Shown in pieces: positions 22,842 through 37,011 of a stretch of DNA of 64,000 bases. Positions within the stretch are counted from its first letter, which is position 1; each line of letters opens with the position of its first letter. Origin of the DNA: Blasia pusilla (lineage: Eukaryota); NCBI GenBank assembly GCA_050084515.1, contig CM114271.1, forward strand, positions 12,772,001-12,836,000, given 5' to 3'. The notes under the pieces are model-generated. The model did not search any database. It worked only from the letters and a program-made list of their open reading frames with translations, and had not been told where the DNA came from. Both the position numbers and the translations under genes were made by a program.

Positions 22842-25800
22842 TTGAGTTACCTACCGCTCTCCCTATTCCGGGTGAACTATTGGAAGGTGTACATGAAGTG
22901 CTTGAGAATACTTCCAGTCTTCCCCATCCTTGGGGATGAAGTAATGTCAAGAGTAGGTCATGTGTCTTCCACCTCTAATGGAGTTGTGTTACCTATAGAA
23001 AATACCCCACTACCAAATGCTTCTATAATTCACCAGGTGTCTAATGTTGATAGGATAATAAGGGTAAATTCCTTAATTAATCTTGTAAGGAGACCAAATT
23101 TCCAAGAAAGTGATATTAGGAAGTTGCGATTACACAAGAGTTTGAGTCCTACTAGTGGTCGTCATACATTGGGTTCTATGATAGAAATATGCCCATCATG
23201 TTGTGCCTTACATTGGAAATGTGAAATGGTGAAAGATACAAAGTTTATCGACTCACCATATGACATGTGTTATGGCCATGGGAGAATACATTTTCCCCTC
23301 TTGAAATTTTCTCCTATATTTCTGATTTCGGGTGTTGGTCCTAGAAGTCTTCATTTCCTTAAACATTCTCGAGCTTACAATTCCGTGCTTCAACTTGCAC
23401 CTTCTGGTGTGCACGTAAATGAACAAGTTGGTGGCATTGGACACTTCACGATCCAAGGAGGGATCTATCATTCTATTGGACCCTTACATCTTGATATAGG
23501 GGGGCATCCCCAATTTGCTCAACTCTATATTCATGATACTGCGAATGAATTGGAGAATCATGGAAGATTTATGTCTAGATCTTCAGATCTTAACATGGAC
23601 ATCTTGAAAGGGCTACAAGAGATGTTGCATGAGTGCAATCCATATGTGAAGATCTTTTGTCATATGGCATATGAAGCAAGTGATCTTAATATACAGATCA
23701 TTCTCAAGGCAAGTAAGAGAGATCTTGATGCAAAGCGTTATAACTTACCAACTACTTCTGAGGTTGCGGAAATTTTACCTGGTGATGGAAGTGAACACGT
23801 TGAATATCGTGATATCATTGTATGACAACATGGAGGAGGAGTGAAGTGCATATCTGACCTCAATGAAGCATATATTCCATTACACTTTGCTCTATTATCT
23901 ATCTATGGTGAGCAAGGTGACATGTTGGAATATCCTACGGGAGACTCGAAGGGACTCGAAGACCCGAATATCTAGGTCATGTCACTCATGGGGAAGAAGG
24001 ACACATTGACGCTTCAGATGATTTTATGTAGGAGGAAAGATTTGCTGTTGATAATGTTGAGGAAAGAAGGTCAAAGAGTGATACCGCCTTACAATTTGCA
24101 TGTTTTCGACTTCAAACGCGGATTGGAGGTTAAGATGACAATCGGTTATTGCGATTTGGTTACTTACTCAAGAATATATGGTCGAAACTTATGCCAATGT
24201 AGAGATGCAAAGATTATCATGGGTCAAATTAAATGAGAAGGAGTTGAGGGCTGAATTATATCAAGGTTTAAGGATGCCATCCATCAACATGTTGTTGATA
24301 GTAGAAGGTTTGGGAGATACATAGTATTACCCTATTCTTTTATTGGAGGGCCACGTCATATGCATCAATTGAATCATGATGCAATTGCAATCGTGAGACA
24401 GTTGGGAAAGCATGACAGTTGGGAAAGCCTGACTATTTTTTGACCATGACATGCAATCCAAAGTGGAAGGAAATTACATCTGCCTCATTACCCTATTAAT
24501 CAGCTGCGAACCGACTCAATTTGGTCGTGCGAGTTTTTTAGAAGAAAAAGAAGGAGCTATTACGACTTATCATCAAAAATAAAATATTAGGTCGAGTTTT
24601 CGGATGCATCAATGTGGTGGAATTCCAAAAAAGAGGTTTGCCACATGTTCACATTTTTATTATTTTAGGTCTTGAGGATAAACCATGTACCACTTTTGAT
24701 TATGATCGTATCATTTCAGCAGAAATCCTAGATCAGTCTACCCATCAAAGGTTGTATTCTACTATTGCTAATTGTATGGTTCACGGTCCACGTGGACCAT
24801 TAAATCCCAATGCACCATGTATGGATAAGGAAACAAAAAAGTGTACCAAAGGCTATCCTAAAGCTTTTGCAGCCAACATGACAGAGACGGAAGATGGTTA
24901 CCCGATCTATCATAGGTAAGGATATTTTGATCTTGGCTTTTGTTTCTTGTATTTTTATTGTAAGCCATATAACATCCATGTAATCATGATTTTTTATATA
25001 TATTCTTAGATTGGAGAATGGAAGGGCAGTAACTAAGCATGAACATTCATTGGATAATCGTTGGGTCGTGCCCTACAATCCTATGTTGTGCACACTCTTT
25101 GATTGTCATAGTAATTTGGAGATCACAAGTAGTGTCTATGCCATGAAGTATTTATATAAATATGTATATAAGGGGTTCGAGGCGGTGACATTTAACGTTT
25201 TGAAAGATATGGATACATCCATCGCATTGGGAGTCATTGATGAGAGATCGTCATATATTGATGCGAGGTATGATTCTACTAATTGATGATTTTTTGTTGA
25301 CCTATGTGTTTCTAAATATCTTTTAGAATTTGATTTAGGGTCTTCTAATATATTCGACATTTTTCTTCCAGATATATATCTTGTTCAGAGGCATGTTGGC
25401 GACTCTTCAAGTTTAGTCTACATGTTGAACTTCCAAGTATTGTGCAATTAGCTACTCTTCTTCCATAGCAAAAAATGGTGTACTTCAATGATGTTGACTC
25501 TCCCGCAGATATTTTGCAACTAAATAGAGAGACAACTCTAACACAATGGTTTGCAACTAATCTATCCGACTCCACAGCCTGACAATATATGTATGTAGAT
25601 TTTCCTTCATATTATTGTTGGACTAAAAAGAGATGGATTTAGAGGGTACAAAAAAGAAATGGTTTTGGCCATCCCATTAGCCGGTTATACCTTACTCATC
25701 CAGGTGAATACCCAACAATTTATCCTATGCTTTTTTCTTTACATTGGATTTTCCTCTTATATTCATTCATTTTAAAGTGAGTGAATGATTGTGGAAAGGG

Positions 25801-27643
25801 ATGAGCTGATTTATTTCACACATGTATAGGTGAAGGAGAACGTCATTGGTTGAGATTACTCCTCCACAATGTTCAAGGAGCAACTACATACAAATGTTTG
25901 AGAATTGTTGATGAAGTACTGTGTCTAACATTCAAGGAGGCTGCAATCCAATTGGGACTCCTTGAGGATGATAGGGAAGTATTCTCCTGCTTTGAAGAAG
26001 CTTTTATGATCCGTACGGGTTCTACACTTCGCCATCTGTTTGCAATTATTCTAGCTTACACCACATCGACTCAACCTGATACACTTTGGAGTCAATTCTT
26101 GAGTCTCTTGGTAGAAGATCTCTTAAATGAACGACGTGAGGTAAGAAATTATCACTATCACTCCTTACACCATTTGTTTCCTTCCTCAATAGTAACATAG
26201 TTTTTAATGAAGAAACTAACAATGATTTGGACATTTTCAAAACTTTGCCATTGCAAAAAACATGAGTTCCTAGTCTTCCCGTTGATGATGCTATAATTAA
26301 AACTACATTGTTGGAAGTCCACTATTACTTACAAGATCAAGGAAAGAGATTGTTTGACTTTCCTGACATGCCTCAAGCTAATTTCGAAAGCCTTCGTTCC
26401 TATTCATATTTAGAGGAACAAGAGCTATTATATGATATTGAGGAATTATTTGAGCGCATACAATTTGGAGAATTGTGTCTAAATGAAGGACAACGTGTTG
26501 TTTGGGATGCTATACATGATGAGCTTGGTAAAATATGTGTGAATGATCCATAATCTCCAAAAGTTTTTTTCAAAGATGGTCTAGGTGGAACGGGAAAAAC
26601 ATATTTATATAATCTTCTGCTTGCAAGTGTAAGGAGTGCAAGAGGTATAGCTTTAGCAGTAGCATCATCTGGAATTGCTGCTCTATTGTTAGATGGAGGA
26701 TGTATTGCCCATTCACGCTTCAAGTTCCCTATCAATCTTTATGAGAGCTCTACTTGCAAGTTAGTGCCATTACCTACTTTACATCAAATTCTATCAATAC
26801 ATATAATCTCTCAAAGTATTGAGAATTCTAATTTACTTCTCTGTATCGTTTGTAGTTTATCAGTCAATATTAATCAAGCACGCTTAATCCGTGATGCGAT
26901 ACTCATTATATGGGACAAAGCACCTCTGGCTCATCGTCATGCATTCGAGGCCGTGAATCGCACTTTACAAGATATCATGGGAATAGTCTCTGATGATCTA
27001 AGACAAATACCATTTGGTGGAAAACTCATGATATTTGGTGGTGACTTTCGTCAAGTTTTTTCTGTTGTTCGTCATGGGGATCGGCCGCGAATCGTGCAAG
27101 CCACTATAAAGAGGTCATCTCTTTGGTCTTATGTTAAGGTCATGAAGTTGAAAACAAACATGCGAGTTCAAAGGTTGGAAGGTCATTTGCGTATTGAACA
27201 ACAAGCTTTTGCTGATTGGTTATTGAAAATGGGAGAGGATTGTGTACATTTACACCCTCATTTGGGAGAAGACTTTATACATTTACCATCTGAAATTGTC
27301 ACTAAGAATAATAAGATATGCGATCTTATTGAAGAATATTGGAGATTGAGTTTTCATTCCACGTATCCCATTGATTGCATCTAATTGAGGTTTGCCATTT
27401 GATTTATGTAGGTTTCAATTCCCTACTCGTCCGACGTCTGCTATGACTATTAATAAATCTGAAGGTCAAATTTTGCAAAAAGTTGGAATTTACTTGCCTA
27501 CTCCCGTATTTTCCCATGGTCAATTGTATGTAGCATTATGTAGAGTAGGGAAGAAAAACTCTATCCACATTACCATTGGAAGTGACGAACATTCAAATGT
27601 AAAAGGTGATTGTACACGAAATGTAGTGTATAACGATGGATGA
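22842..27643 (+). pseudogene. Helitron Rep/PIF1-helicase (RepHel), multi-exon, with stops, frameshifts and an apparent internal deletion near 27340
   Basis: CPSCCALHW, PQFAQLYIHD, RYNLPTTSEVA, VEFQKRGLPHVH (HUH), KYLYKYVYKG, GLGGTGKT (Walker A), GGDFRQ, AMTINKSEGQ, FSHGQLYVALCRV. Confidence 0.92.
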
Positions 27644-30600
27644 AATAAATTACTTCAAAGGGCAAAGATCTCACTTGAGCACAATTTGTATGTTCACAAT
27701 TATTAAGAATGTACCAAAAACAAAACCGTTCACCTCTCCGGTGCATCGCACGGGCATCTTACTAGGGTTTAGGGTCAAGTGTCAAGAGCTAAACTAATTT
27801 CGAGCAAAATTTATAGATCAAAGTATAAGCGATACCATTGACTGAAAACGCTAAGTGTCTAAAGGAAATGAATTTGCAAAATGAAAAGGCATTCTCCAAT
27901 AATAAAATATATATATGGTGTTTTGGGTGATTATTGTGTTAATTATAGCAACTACTTGCATGTTTAGATGCCAATCTATATTATTATCCAATTCATTTTG
28001 CAAATTCCTCTTCTTTTGACATTTAGCATTTTCAACTAATGAGATGGACATTTGAATTTTTGAACTAACATAATCATTCCTTGATTTAAAATAAAACTTA
28101 AAAATGAAGTACGGGAGGAAATATATATGCTGATAAGCTGAATTCATGATCTCTCGACTACATTCTAGAATCATTCCTGGCATATTTGGAATCGAATGTA
28201 AGACAGTGGCCGCCTTTACTCCCCTCTTTTAGAAACATGTGAACGACGTCGCTAGATATCATTCTAGAAACTTACTTTTTACGTCTTCATTTTGTGCTCC
28301 GAACCAAAACGAGGGGAAGATCGTTTCGCCATGAGCCATGGTTCCGGAAGTGGGGACGACAGCTGGACCACAGCTGGAGTTTGTCAAATCTCGCCTGCTT
28401 ATTTCCAGGCCATGCGATGACTCTCAAAGCTGGCTAAAGAGGAATACTTTCCCACAAAGTCAAACTGAGCCGCGGATGAATTCAGAGGCCTCTACTGAAC
28501 TGATCGGGTTCTCCATTGTTGGGAACCATGGTATCTGCCGTTGTCCTTACCCTCCAGATGCTTACAATGTTTCGCTCTAGCGTTTTAAATTCGACTCCTT
28601 TGAGCTAAGATGTAGAGTTTAGGTGAGGTAGGATATTCTAAACTCCTGCGCATTGAAATAAACTTTCAAAAGTCAGTGGACAGCCAAAGTTTGTTAGCAC
28701 ACCGTACAAACGCTTGGCAATTGGGTTTTTTGGAATCACGCTTGTGGACTGAAATCTTGGCATCTATTCAATCTTAGGCTTCTCGCGTTTAAGCTACCCA
28801 GTTTCTTTGCCCTGGATAAGACGTAAATCTCAACATTACTAACCAGTGGAGTCACGGCGAGATTTTCGAATTCAGTCGAGTCAAACGTCAAGTTTTTAAT
28901 AGGCAGAAGATTGGCTGGCAGAGATCTGAACGAAAATAGTAGCTCATCAGTTCCTGCTGAAGGACTTTTCCCTCACAACACATATTACATTTTCTTACAA
29001 AGTAATGAGAAGCAAGAACTGAATAAAAGGGGATGAGAGATCTTACTTCCCTGGCGGCAGATGACGAGATCATCTCCTTTTTCCTGTCGACCTAATCTTA
29101 TCGTAACAGCTTCAAATCTGAGACTCGTCTGATACTTAGGGTTAAGGGTTGTTTTTGGAAGTTAACCAAATTCAGTAGTACGCGTTCTTCGGAATGGGTG
29201 GACATGAGTTGAAGCTCACAGGATCAATAGATCTTCACAGATAACCACTTGGAATATTGACCTGTTCACATATTCCTGGAAAGAACGCTTTGCGATGTTG
29301 TTGTTTTTTCGTCTCGATGGGCGCATGCGCAGGCAAGCCTTTCGCCGGCAGATCTCTTCATCCGGAAGCCGGAACGAGGGATAATTCCACATGGTCCCGA
29401 CAGAATTTTTTTTTTTGCTCTTGGATCAGTTCATGAGTCGCTAGCCATGCGAAAATCCGAAAGCTGCCAGACGTATGTCGTGAGATCTGCGTAGAATGTC
29501 CGTCCACAACTAAGTATCGAAGATGAGAAAATTCTACGTCCTGGACAGTCTTTCCACATTGTCGGCGAGAAGTTCGTCACGGCTAAGAGAAGAGCAGAGC
29601 ACAGGTGAAAACCGCTCGCGAAAGATCCGTGAGACCACAATTCAACCGTTGTGGAGCAGGTCGCGTACGCATCCCGCACATGGAGAAAACTGTAGAATAA
29701 TCGTGAGGTAGAGGTGCATATCCACGGAGCTCAAGAGCCTCACGCTCTGCCTCCGGCCGGTGCCGCCACCTCAGACCCCTTGACAAACTAGAGGATGGAG
29801 GCTGCGTGGATTCAGCTGGTAGGAGCCGAACACGTGGATTCAGCGCGGGGTACTCCTGAAGCGCGCCTCTCTCTGCGGAGTCTCTTTGCTCCCGCTCACA
29901 ACACCATCACCAACACGGCAAGAAAAGCTCAGCCGTGTGCAGGCACTGCAGGGACGGGTAATCATGAAGAACTTAATCATGATTATATCATTCGGTCAAT
30001 CCATCTGGACCGTAGGATGTCGAATCGACCAATGGGATACAAAGATTCGACGGAAGATGCCCTTACGGCGATTTATTACAGCTCCGATTTCATATCAATC
30101 GCTAATAGGATATCATTTTATGGAAGATCATGTTCCGGGACCGAGAACTATCGCAGGCTGAGGTGGGAGGAAACTTAATTTAGGCGCCATTCAGCCATAG
30201 GAGGCGCCCAGCAACCGTACTTGAACGAGGAGAATGATTCCACTGCGCATTGCGAGACGATTGCTCCCATCGTGGGCTGTTTGCATGCCCGATTGCTTGT
30301 ACACATTGGTGTGTTTCGAGCTCGATGAACGGTCGATTGTTGCGGCGTTTCGATCTGAGGTTCATGGTCAGAGAAAAACTTGCGGAAATTCGAGAGATTC
30401 GTGAGATATCGCCGCTGTTCTTTCGATCCTTTCGTTCTTGCTTCATTTCTTCGTAGCTACAGGTGCCAACGTCGAGGTATGGATCCTGTTCGCGGAGGGC
30501 GTCCTCCGCTTTGGCTACCCATATGTGGTAGATCTGTACAGCTCGAGACATCTCTGCGCAAACAAAACTTCTTTGGCAAGGACCGTCGCATTTTTGAAAG

Positions 30601-33545
30601 ATGCTTCTTGTGGGTAGGCGGGCAATTGCGCATGGAGAACTTTTGGAGCCCTGGAATCAGAATCTGAGACCGAGCATTGATAGTCTATTATCCTAATTTT
30701 CGGTTGTCAACGTAAAAATTTCAGAATCTCGTAGGTAGGAAGGCCAGCAAGGCACGAGAACTGTATATGTATTTTCCGCGAGCAATCTCTGCAGCTGGAT
30801 CATGGCTTGAATGCTGGAGAGCAGCTCATGCTGTGAAGCCCTTTAGCTCATTCTATGATTGCTTTTAACATTGTATGTTGTATCAAGAAGCAACCGATAG
30901 CTTAGTGCTAAAATCTCCTTTCAAGTTGCTGCTCCTTTTCATGCTTTGATACGGAGATGTTACAAAAGCATGCTCTTGCCACTCAACACTTGAAAAGTAC
31001 TGAGACAGTTTCCACGGTCAGGAGAGAAAAGCAGGTTGCTGAATCCGACCAAATTATCGTATCTGGCTTAGCGAATGCCTTAAGATCACATGGATTGTCG
31101 GCACAATTAAAATCCAACACCGTGGTAGTTCTCAGTGCCCTTGCTGTAGAAGGTGAAAGCAAGCTCTATGCTGTGCGCTGTATGGCTGGTGGCGAATGGA
31201 GTCTACAGACGCAGGCCGGTCTTCAAGCCTATGATCCTGCCGTCCATCTTGTAGTCATCAATCAGGTACTTGCATTTAGATCTGTGGCCCCCTCACCACC
31301 GTCACAGCCAGGCCCCATCTTACTTCAAATCTCCCTTTGGCTCTGTCCTAGAAATTATTCCTTCCGACGTAAATGGTAACCGCATTCTTTTGTCAATCTG
31401 TACCTTTCATCCGCTCTAGAGCCTTCAGCTCTACCATAATATGCTAGTTCAGTAGTAGTTCTTCACTGCACTTAAGTAAGGTTGCTTTGCTCCCTTGTGA
31501 TCATCACAATCTGGGATTACGATCATAATCTGCCTATTTATTCCCTTTAGAAGCCTCCAAGAGCGTTTTGAGAAGTTTTCTTGTTCCCCCGCCACATTTA
31601 TGGGTTAACATCTATGACGAGAAGTGGATGACACGTACGGCATATTGTGTCTCATTCAAAACACAGTCAAGGAAACAAATACGTAGGATGGTGGAAGCTG
31701 TGATAATAGCGCCATTGTAAGATAAAAAATTCCTCGATCATTGCAAAGTTCCAGGTTTATTCAATGATTTTCTGTCTTGCTCTTCTTGTGCCTTCTTCCC
31801 GGCTCTTTCTGTGCTGTACTCTGTAATCTGATGCTCATTTCACTCCCTTTTCCGTGACCTACTGTCTGAAGCTGATGAACTCACTGGGATTGTGATGCCA
31901 TTCTTTCTTTGACGTGAATGCCGTCAATGGTCCGTGCATTCATGATTAGCCTGCATCTAACACATACTCTCCATCACTCTTATTAACTGCTTCACGATCA
32001 AGTCCTTCCAGCGTTACCTGCTGGCTCCTATTTCATTAAGATCTGATGTCTCCTAGTTTCGTGTTCGATCCTGTGTAATCTGTACCGTAAATGCGAAAAT
32101 CTCTATGGCGATAGCCAGCAAACGTTGAAGTAGCTCTTCCGGTCCCTCTCCTGCTTCCTTTCATTCACTTTTGTCTTCTTCATCACTTTCAATCTCTCAT
32201 TCCCTTCTTCCTCTGTACGTGTGTTATTCATTTCCTTAGAAACAGCTCTCCTTCAGCATGGTTTTGTGCTTGCCGCCGATGATGACAATTCAGACGTTGC
32301 CCACTTCATGGGTTGCATAAGTCATATCTCTATTTTCTGAATGTGGAGCACTGGCAGAATCTACGGGTTAGGTTACTGCGATTCCCTCGAGCTATTTTTG
32401 GGAGCTGATGAAGTCCATAGGGAAAGTCCGAGTACGTAGCATTAACTGGTTTGTTGTTGATTAAGGTCTCTGGAAACAGGCAGTATCTTCACCACACTAC
32501 ATAGTCATGTTCTTCAAATTTCTTCGTTAAAAGTATCTGCTCTATCTACCCGTGGTCCACTCTGCCGACCACAAGATCACCCTTATCTCTTTCTTTAACG
32601 CAGGTTTTCCAATCCAACAAACTTTTGCTTTCTAGTGGTGGTACGGTTACCCTTTTGAGTTTGTGCGCGGAGTCATACCCTCAACCTTGTATTGTTTGTG
32701 AGTGGACTCATTTGTAAAGGTAATGTGGAAGAGTTCCTTGGAGATTGTAATTTTTGGTGCACACAGATTTTTGGATGTACTATGGACCAATTACAGTTAA
32801 ACTCAAACTCTTGTCGGAGTGACATCTCCACCTGAACCATGAGAATTTTTCATTTGGCACCGATCGGATTCAGCGAAATAAGCTGTATTTTGTTTGGAAG
32901 TTTTTATCAATTCTTAGTCGATATGACTGTGGCACGTGACAACATCGTAAAACTTATCAGAATCACCCTTACATTACCCACGCAGAATATAGCCTATTTG
33001 GTTCTGTCGACAAAACTTATAGCACGCGACCTAAACGCGACTTATACATGCGGTGCTATAAGTACTTGTCTCGTAGACCTTTTTAATTCGTATCTCTGCT
33101 TGCCTCATCAATGTCTTCTGAGCCCAGATTTTCGATTTCGGAGAAAGTTTATGATCAGGACAGAGAGCTTCAGTGAGCAGTGTGAGGCTTTTGGACAGCA
33201 GAGTTGAACAGTGTTCGGAAATAGCTGATTTTCTAGTGAGGACACTTCACACTTCATGCTCACGTGTTTGCCTGTGATAACGACAGAATGGGAAACTGGG
33301 GTTTCGATCTGCTATAGCAGAAGGCAGACTGCTTTGCTGCAATCATCTGTATCATCTGGCTTTTAAGCACTGGCAAATGGACTACCAGGAGGTCAGTCTT
33401 CGGATGCAACCGCGGGACAAACCTCACCCTTATGAGAATCACCGTGTTTAGTATATTGGGCTGATGTCACGCTAAGTCGAGCATCCCATTTCTCGAAGCG
33501 TCCAATTTGCTTCTCACAGTTCCGTGGATGGTGGACTTGTGACAG

Positions 33546-35184
33546 GCGTGGTGTTTGCGGGGATACTCTTTGGCGGACTGCAGTCTGCGCAATCAGAAGT
33601 ATAAACTAACTTTGAACGTAAGCCACTTCCTTCTTTGAGATTTTAACAAATGGAAGATAACTTGAGCCTAAAAGGCTCCAATTGGACGTCTAATGAGTGG
33701 ATTCATAAATGATGTTTGGACCTTCTCTCTTTGCTAGCCAGTAAATCGCATAGTTTGATTTCGATCAGTTGCACATCGCTTTACTTGCTTACTTCGTATC
33801 TGAGCTCACTACTATCAGTGTTTAAGTTTCATTGCCAACATGAGAAGTCCTACTTTGTGCGTAAATTCTTCGTTTATTAGTTTGAGTAATACCACTCATT
33901 CACACTGTGGGGCATTCATGAATTAGTGCAGGTTCGCATCACAGTGCTAGCGGAGCCCACAGATGCTCTCGGTAACACGCGGATCACACCCGCACTGCTC
34001 GCTAGTCCACCTCCGGTTTTAGACCCTGCAGCCCAGACCTTTAAGTCCCTTAAAGAGTTTCCGACCGATTCTAAGCGAAGATTGGAACATGAAGATAAGA
34101 ACTCGTCCAGCTTTTTATTCAAGTCGGGCACTCATAAAAATCCTTCTAGCGGTAATTCTGCATCCCTAAAAGATTTTATGATTACCAAACATGAAGTTTT
34201 ACCATCGGGCTTCTTGTTGAACCCAGCAACTCAAATCCAGCGTCCTTTCTACGCCGCAAGTAGTCAGAACGAGAACTTCATGTCGCCATATGGAGTTAAC
34301 AGCCATGTGTCCACATCATATCCATCGCCACGCCGTGGTGGTACCTATTTGGTACAGAACCTTCGGCAGGAAAGCGGGGCTATTGCTCCTGCTAAACTAG
34401 GGATGTCACGTGCTGAGGGTAGATCTGTAGGTATCAGGTACCGGCAGGAGAGCGTAACAAAAGGAGATGAAGCTACTTTTCCATCCCTCTCAGTGGACAC
34501 AGGATCTAACACACGAGAGATTTATCGGGGTGCTCGGCAGTCAAAATTTAACGATACTCAATCAAGAATTCCCGCACTACGGTCTTGCTATTTCCATACA
34601 TCTGTACAAACAAGGAGAATAAGAAGGTGGAAAAGAAGCACTGAGGTGTACGAGAAGCTGCTTCAGGTTGATCGAGAGGGAAGTAAACTACCTAACTGCG
34701 GCCGGAAGAGAGCCCAACCACATGGTATCTTTGACAAAGATGGAAATGGAGCAGTGATAGATGGTAGTCAAAGTAGTTCTGCAGGACCTTTAGGCTCCTC
34801 TGGCAAGGTGGTGACAAAGAGGCAGTCTGGGTATCGATCTGGAACGAATGACAAGTTTACTTGTCTTACAAATCCTGACAATTTGGAAGGGAATTCCTTG
34901 AGAAGCGACGGACATTTCTCAACGTTTTCAAAGAGTCAAGTTTTGGAGGCCAAACTGAACACGATGAAGGTCGACGCCGAACGAAAAGAAAGAGAAAAAG
35001 CGATCCACTGGAAACTGCAGGCAGCTGTTCGTCTGCTGAAATTGCAAACTCAACAAGAGCTTGCATCGGTCGCAAAGGTATGCTCTTTCTGTTTGCAAAC
35101 CCGAGCTACTGGCAACGTATTCTCTTATTGATGCTGTTTGGCCATGATGCTTTCAAAAATATGCAGGTTGATCATGCAGTGTGA
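33546..35184 (+). CDS. Part of an unidentified spliced gene (exons 33546-33617, 33932-35077, 35167-35184); upstream exons unresolved, may be degenerate
   Basis: A 401-aa open frame bounded by canonical AG/GT sites in consistent phase 0. Low-complexity S-rich body with a coiled-coil-like end. Confidence 0.45.
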
Positions 35185-36962
35185 TCAAGTGCCATCATCC
35201 AATTCTCTAATGCAAGTGATGATCTGTCAAGATAGACTGCGACTTCAGAAGCAATAAACAACACTGCTGATCCAGAAGTCAGGAGAAATACTGCGCACCC
35301 AGAAGCAAGAGGGAAAACTTTTCACCAAGAAGCAAGAAGGAATATTCAAAATGATAAAATGACGAGAGACTGCAAGAGAGAATTACCGATCTCTGTTGAT
35401 GAGATCTTGTGGATGGCAGCGGGTAGATGGAGGTTTCGGAAGAAGGTGAGCAAGGCGTGTCCAATACTCTGCACTCTGTGAAGATATGTACCAAAAGTCA
35501 CAAGGATTTGCGTTGAGTTTCTTCCTATCTGTTGGCAAAATCTCCTCCATACTCAACACTTGTGGGTTTTCATGGAGGCAAGTTCTTTCATTTTCAAGTT
35601 GCTATCGTATCTACTGCATCCTTTTTCATAGAGTAAGAAGCGAAAAGTCAGGTTTTGAATGAGTGTCTATCCCTGTTTTTCAAGGAGAATATGTGGTACT
35701 ATAGTTTTCATATTTGACTGGTCAGCTAACTCAGTTTTGCCCTGATTCTCTATGTCAGCATACTACTGTACACAGTACAAAAGAAAGACTTTTGCAACCA
35801 AATTTGGGACACTGGTATGAAGTTTTGATGCATTGGCTTTCAGTTCCTACCAAAAATTGGGCCTAAATTCGTTTTTGGCACTGTCGTGTTAGTTAACAGG
35901 TTTCTTTTCTTCCAATTGTCGATAGGAAACAGAAATGTTTACATGTAGATGTATCTTGCTGAACTCAAACCAAAATGAGTTTAGAATTTGGGTCATGCAA
36001 TGGTTTCCCTGGAAAATTGACAGAGATAGTAGTAGACTAGTAGATGATATATGTAAAATAAAATGAGGAGTAAACAAATACTGACTTTGATTACAGAGCT
36101 AATTTGTTTCTTCAAGCTCCAAGAAGTCACAGCAGATACATGGAATAGCTGCACAGATTTCAAATAGGAAAGGAAACTTTGTACTTACAAAACAATGAGA
36201 GAGATCTGATCAATCTACTGCTCATAAACTTCCTCCTTATAGGAAGAAGAGACTCTCTACATTATTGATGCCTCTTCAGGCGGCTCACTATTTCCTCCAG
36301 CAGCAGGTCCTCCCAAACATCAACTCCTTCTATCACAATAGGTCAGCCACCCACCCAAGCTGAGGGGCAGCAGTTGACAGGTCGAAGAGCTGGGGAAAGT
36401 AGAGAAGAAAATAAGAGTGCTCTTGTAAGCCTCTTGGTCTTATAGGATAGCCCCTGGCTATCTTAAACCCTAAAAGTCTTTAATTAAGACTAAAGGAGGC
36501 TATTATGAAACCCCAAAGGTTTTTAACTAAGACTGAAAGGAGGCTATTACGAAATCCTAAAGGTCTAGTTAATAATCCTAAAAATAGAACTTTATTTATA
36601 GATAAAAAAAGTAAATTTTCATAATAAAAAATATTATTTATTTATTTTTTTCTTATCTCACAGTTGCAATTTCAACAATATAATGAAATTTGAACCGGAA
36701 AACTGAGCTAGATCTAAATAATAAGCATCTAAATAATAAGCATAGGTCAGAAAGCAATTATCCAAGCAGAACAACGTTGTAGGTGAGAAGTAGACTCATG
36801 CGACTGTTCATGATCAGATTCATGGACCAGCATGACTGAGATTGGAAACAAGGCTCAAGTCTACTGGCCTCACCACTCAAGTAGTCCGCCACTGAAGTGG
36901 AGGTCTCCTTGTTTGCTGAGGTATGTCCATTGGAGGTAAACCTCAAGGAGACCTCCAAGTCC

Positions 36963-37011
36963 ATGAAGAGGAAGTTTGGTGCCAATTTTAGGCACCAAAC
37001 TTCCTCTTCAT
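36963..37011. repeat. Perfect inverted repeat, 21-bp arms with 7-nt loop
   Basis: ATGAAGAGGAAGTTTGGTGCC-AATTTTA-GGCACCAAACTTCCTCTTCAT. Confidence 0.95.

Larger units (their letters stand above)
18858..27765 (+). mobile_element. Autonomous-type Helitron, degenerate
   Basis: 5' A|TCTATACTA at 18858. 3' hairpin CCGGTGCATCGCACGGG (27738-27754) followed by CTAG (27762-27765). Encloses the RepHel coding sequence. Confidence 0.8.

Noticed and set aside
29431-31379. Several 60-140 aa ORFs in a GC-richer stretch (for example 30180-30551)
   Set aside because: No recognisable family motif or consistent exon chain. It could hide a gene fragment, but I cannot support one.
36088-36662. Possible solo LTR ending in ...CTCACA
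   Set aside because: Could not identify a matching TG start with a target-site duplication.
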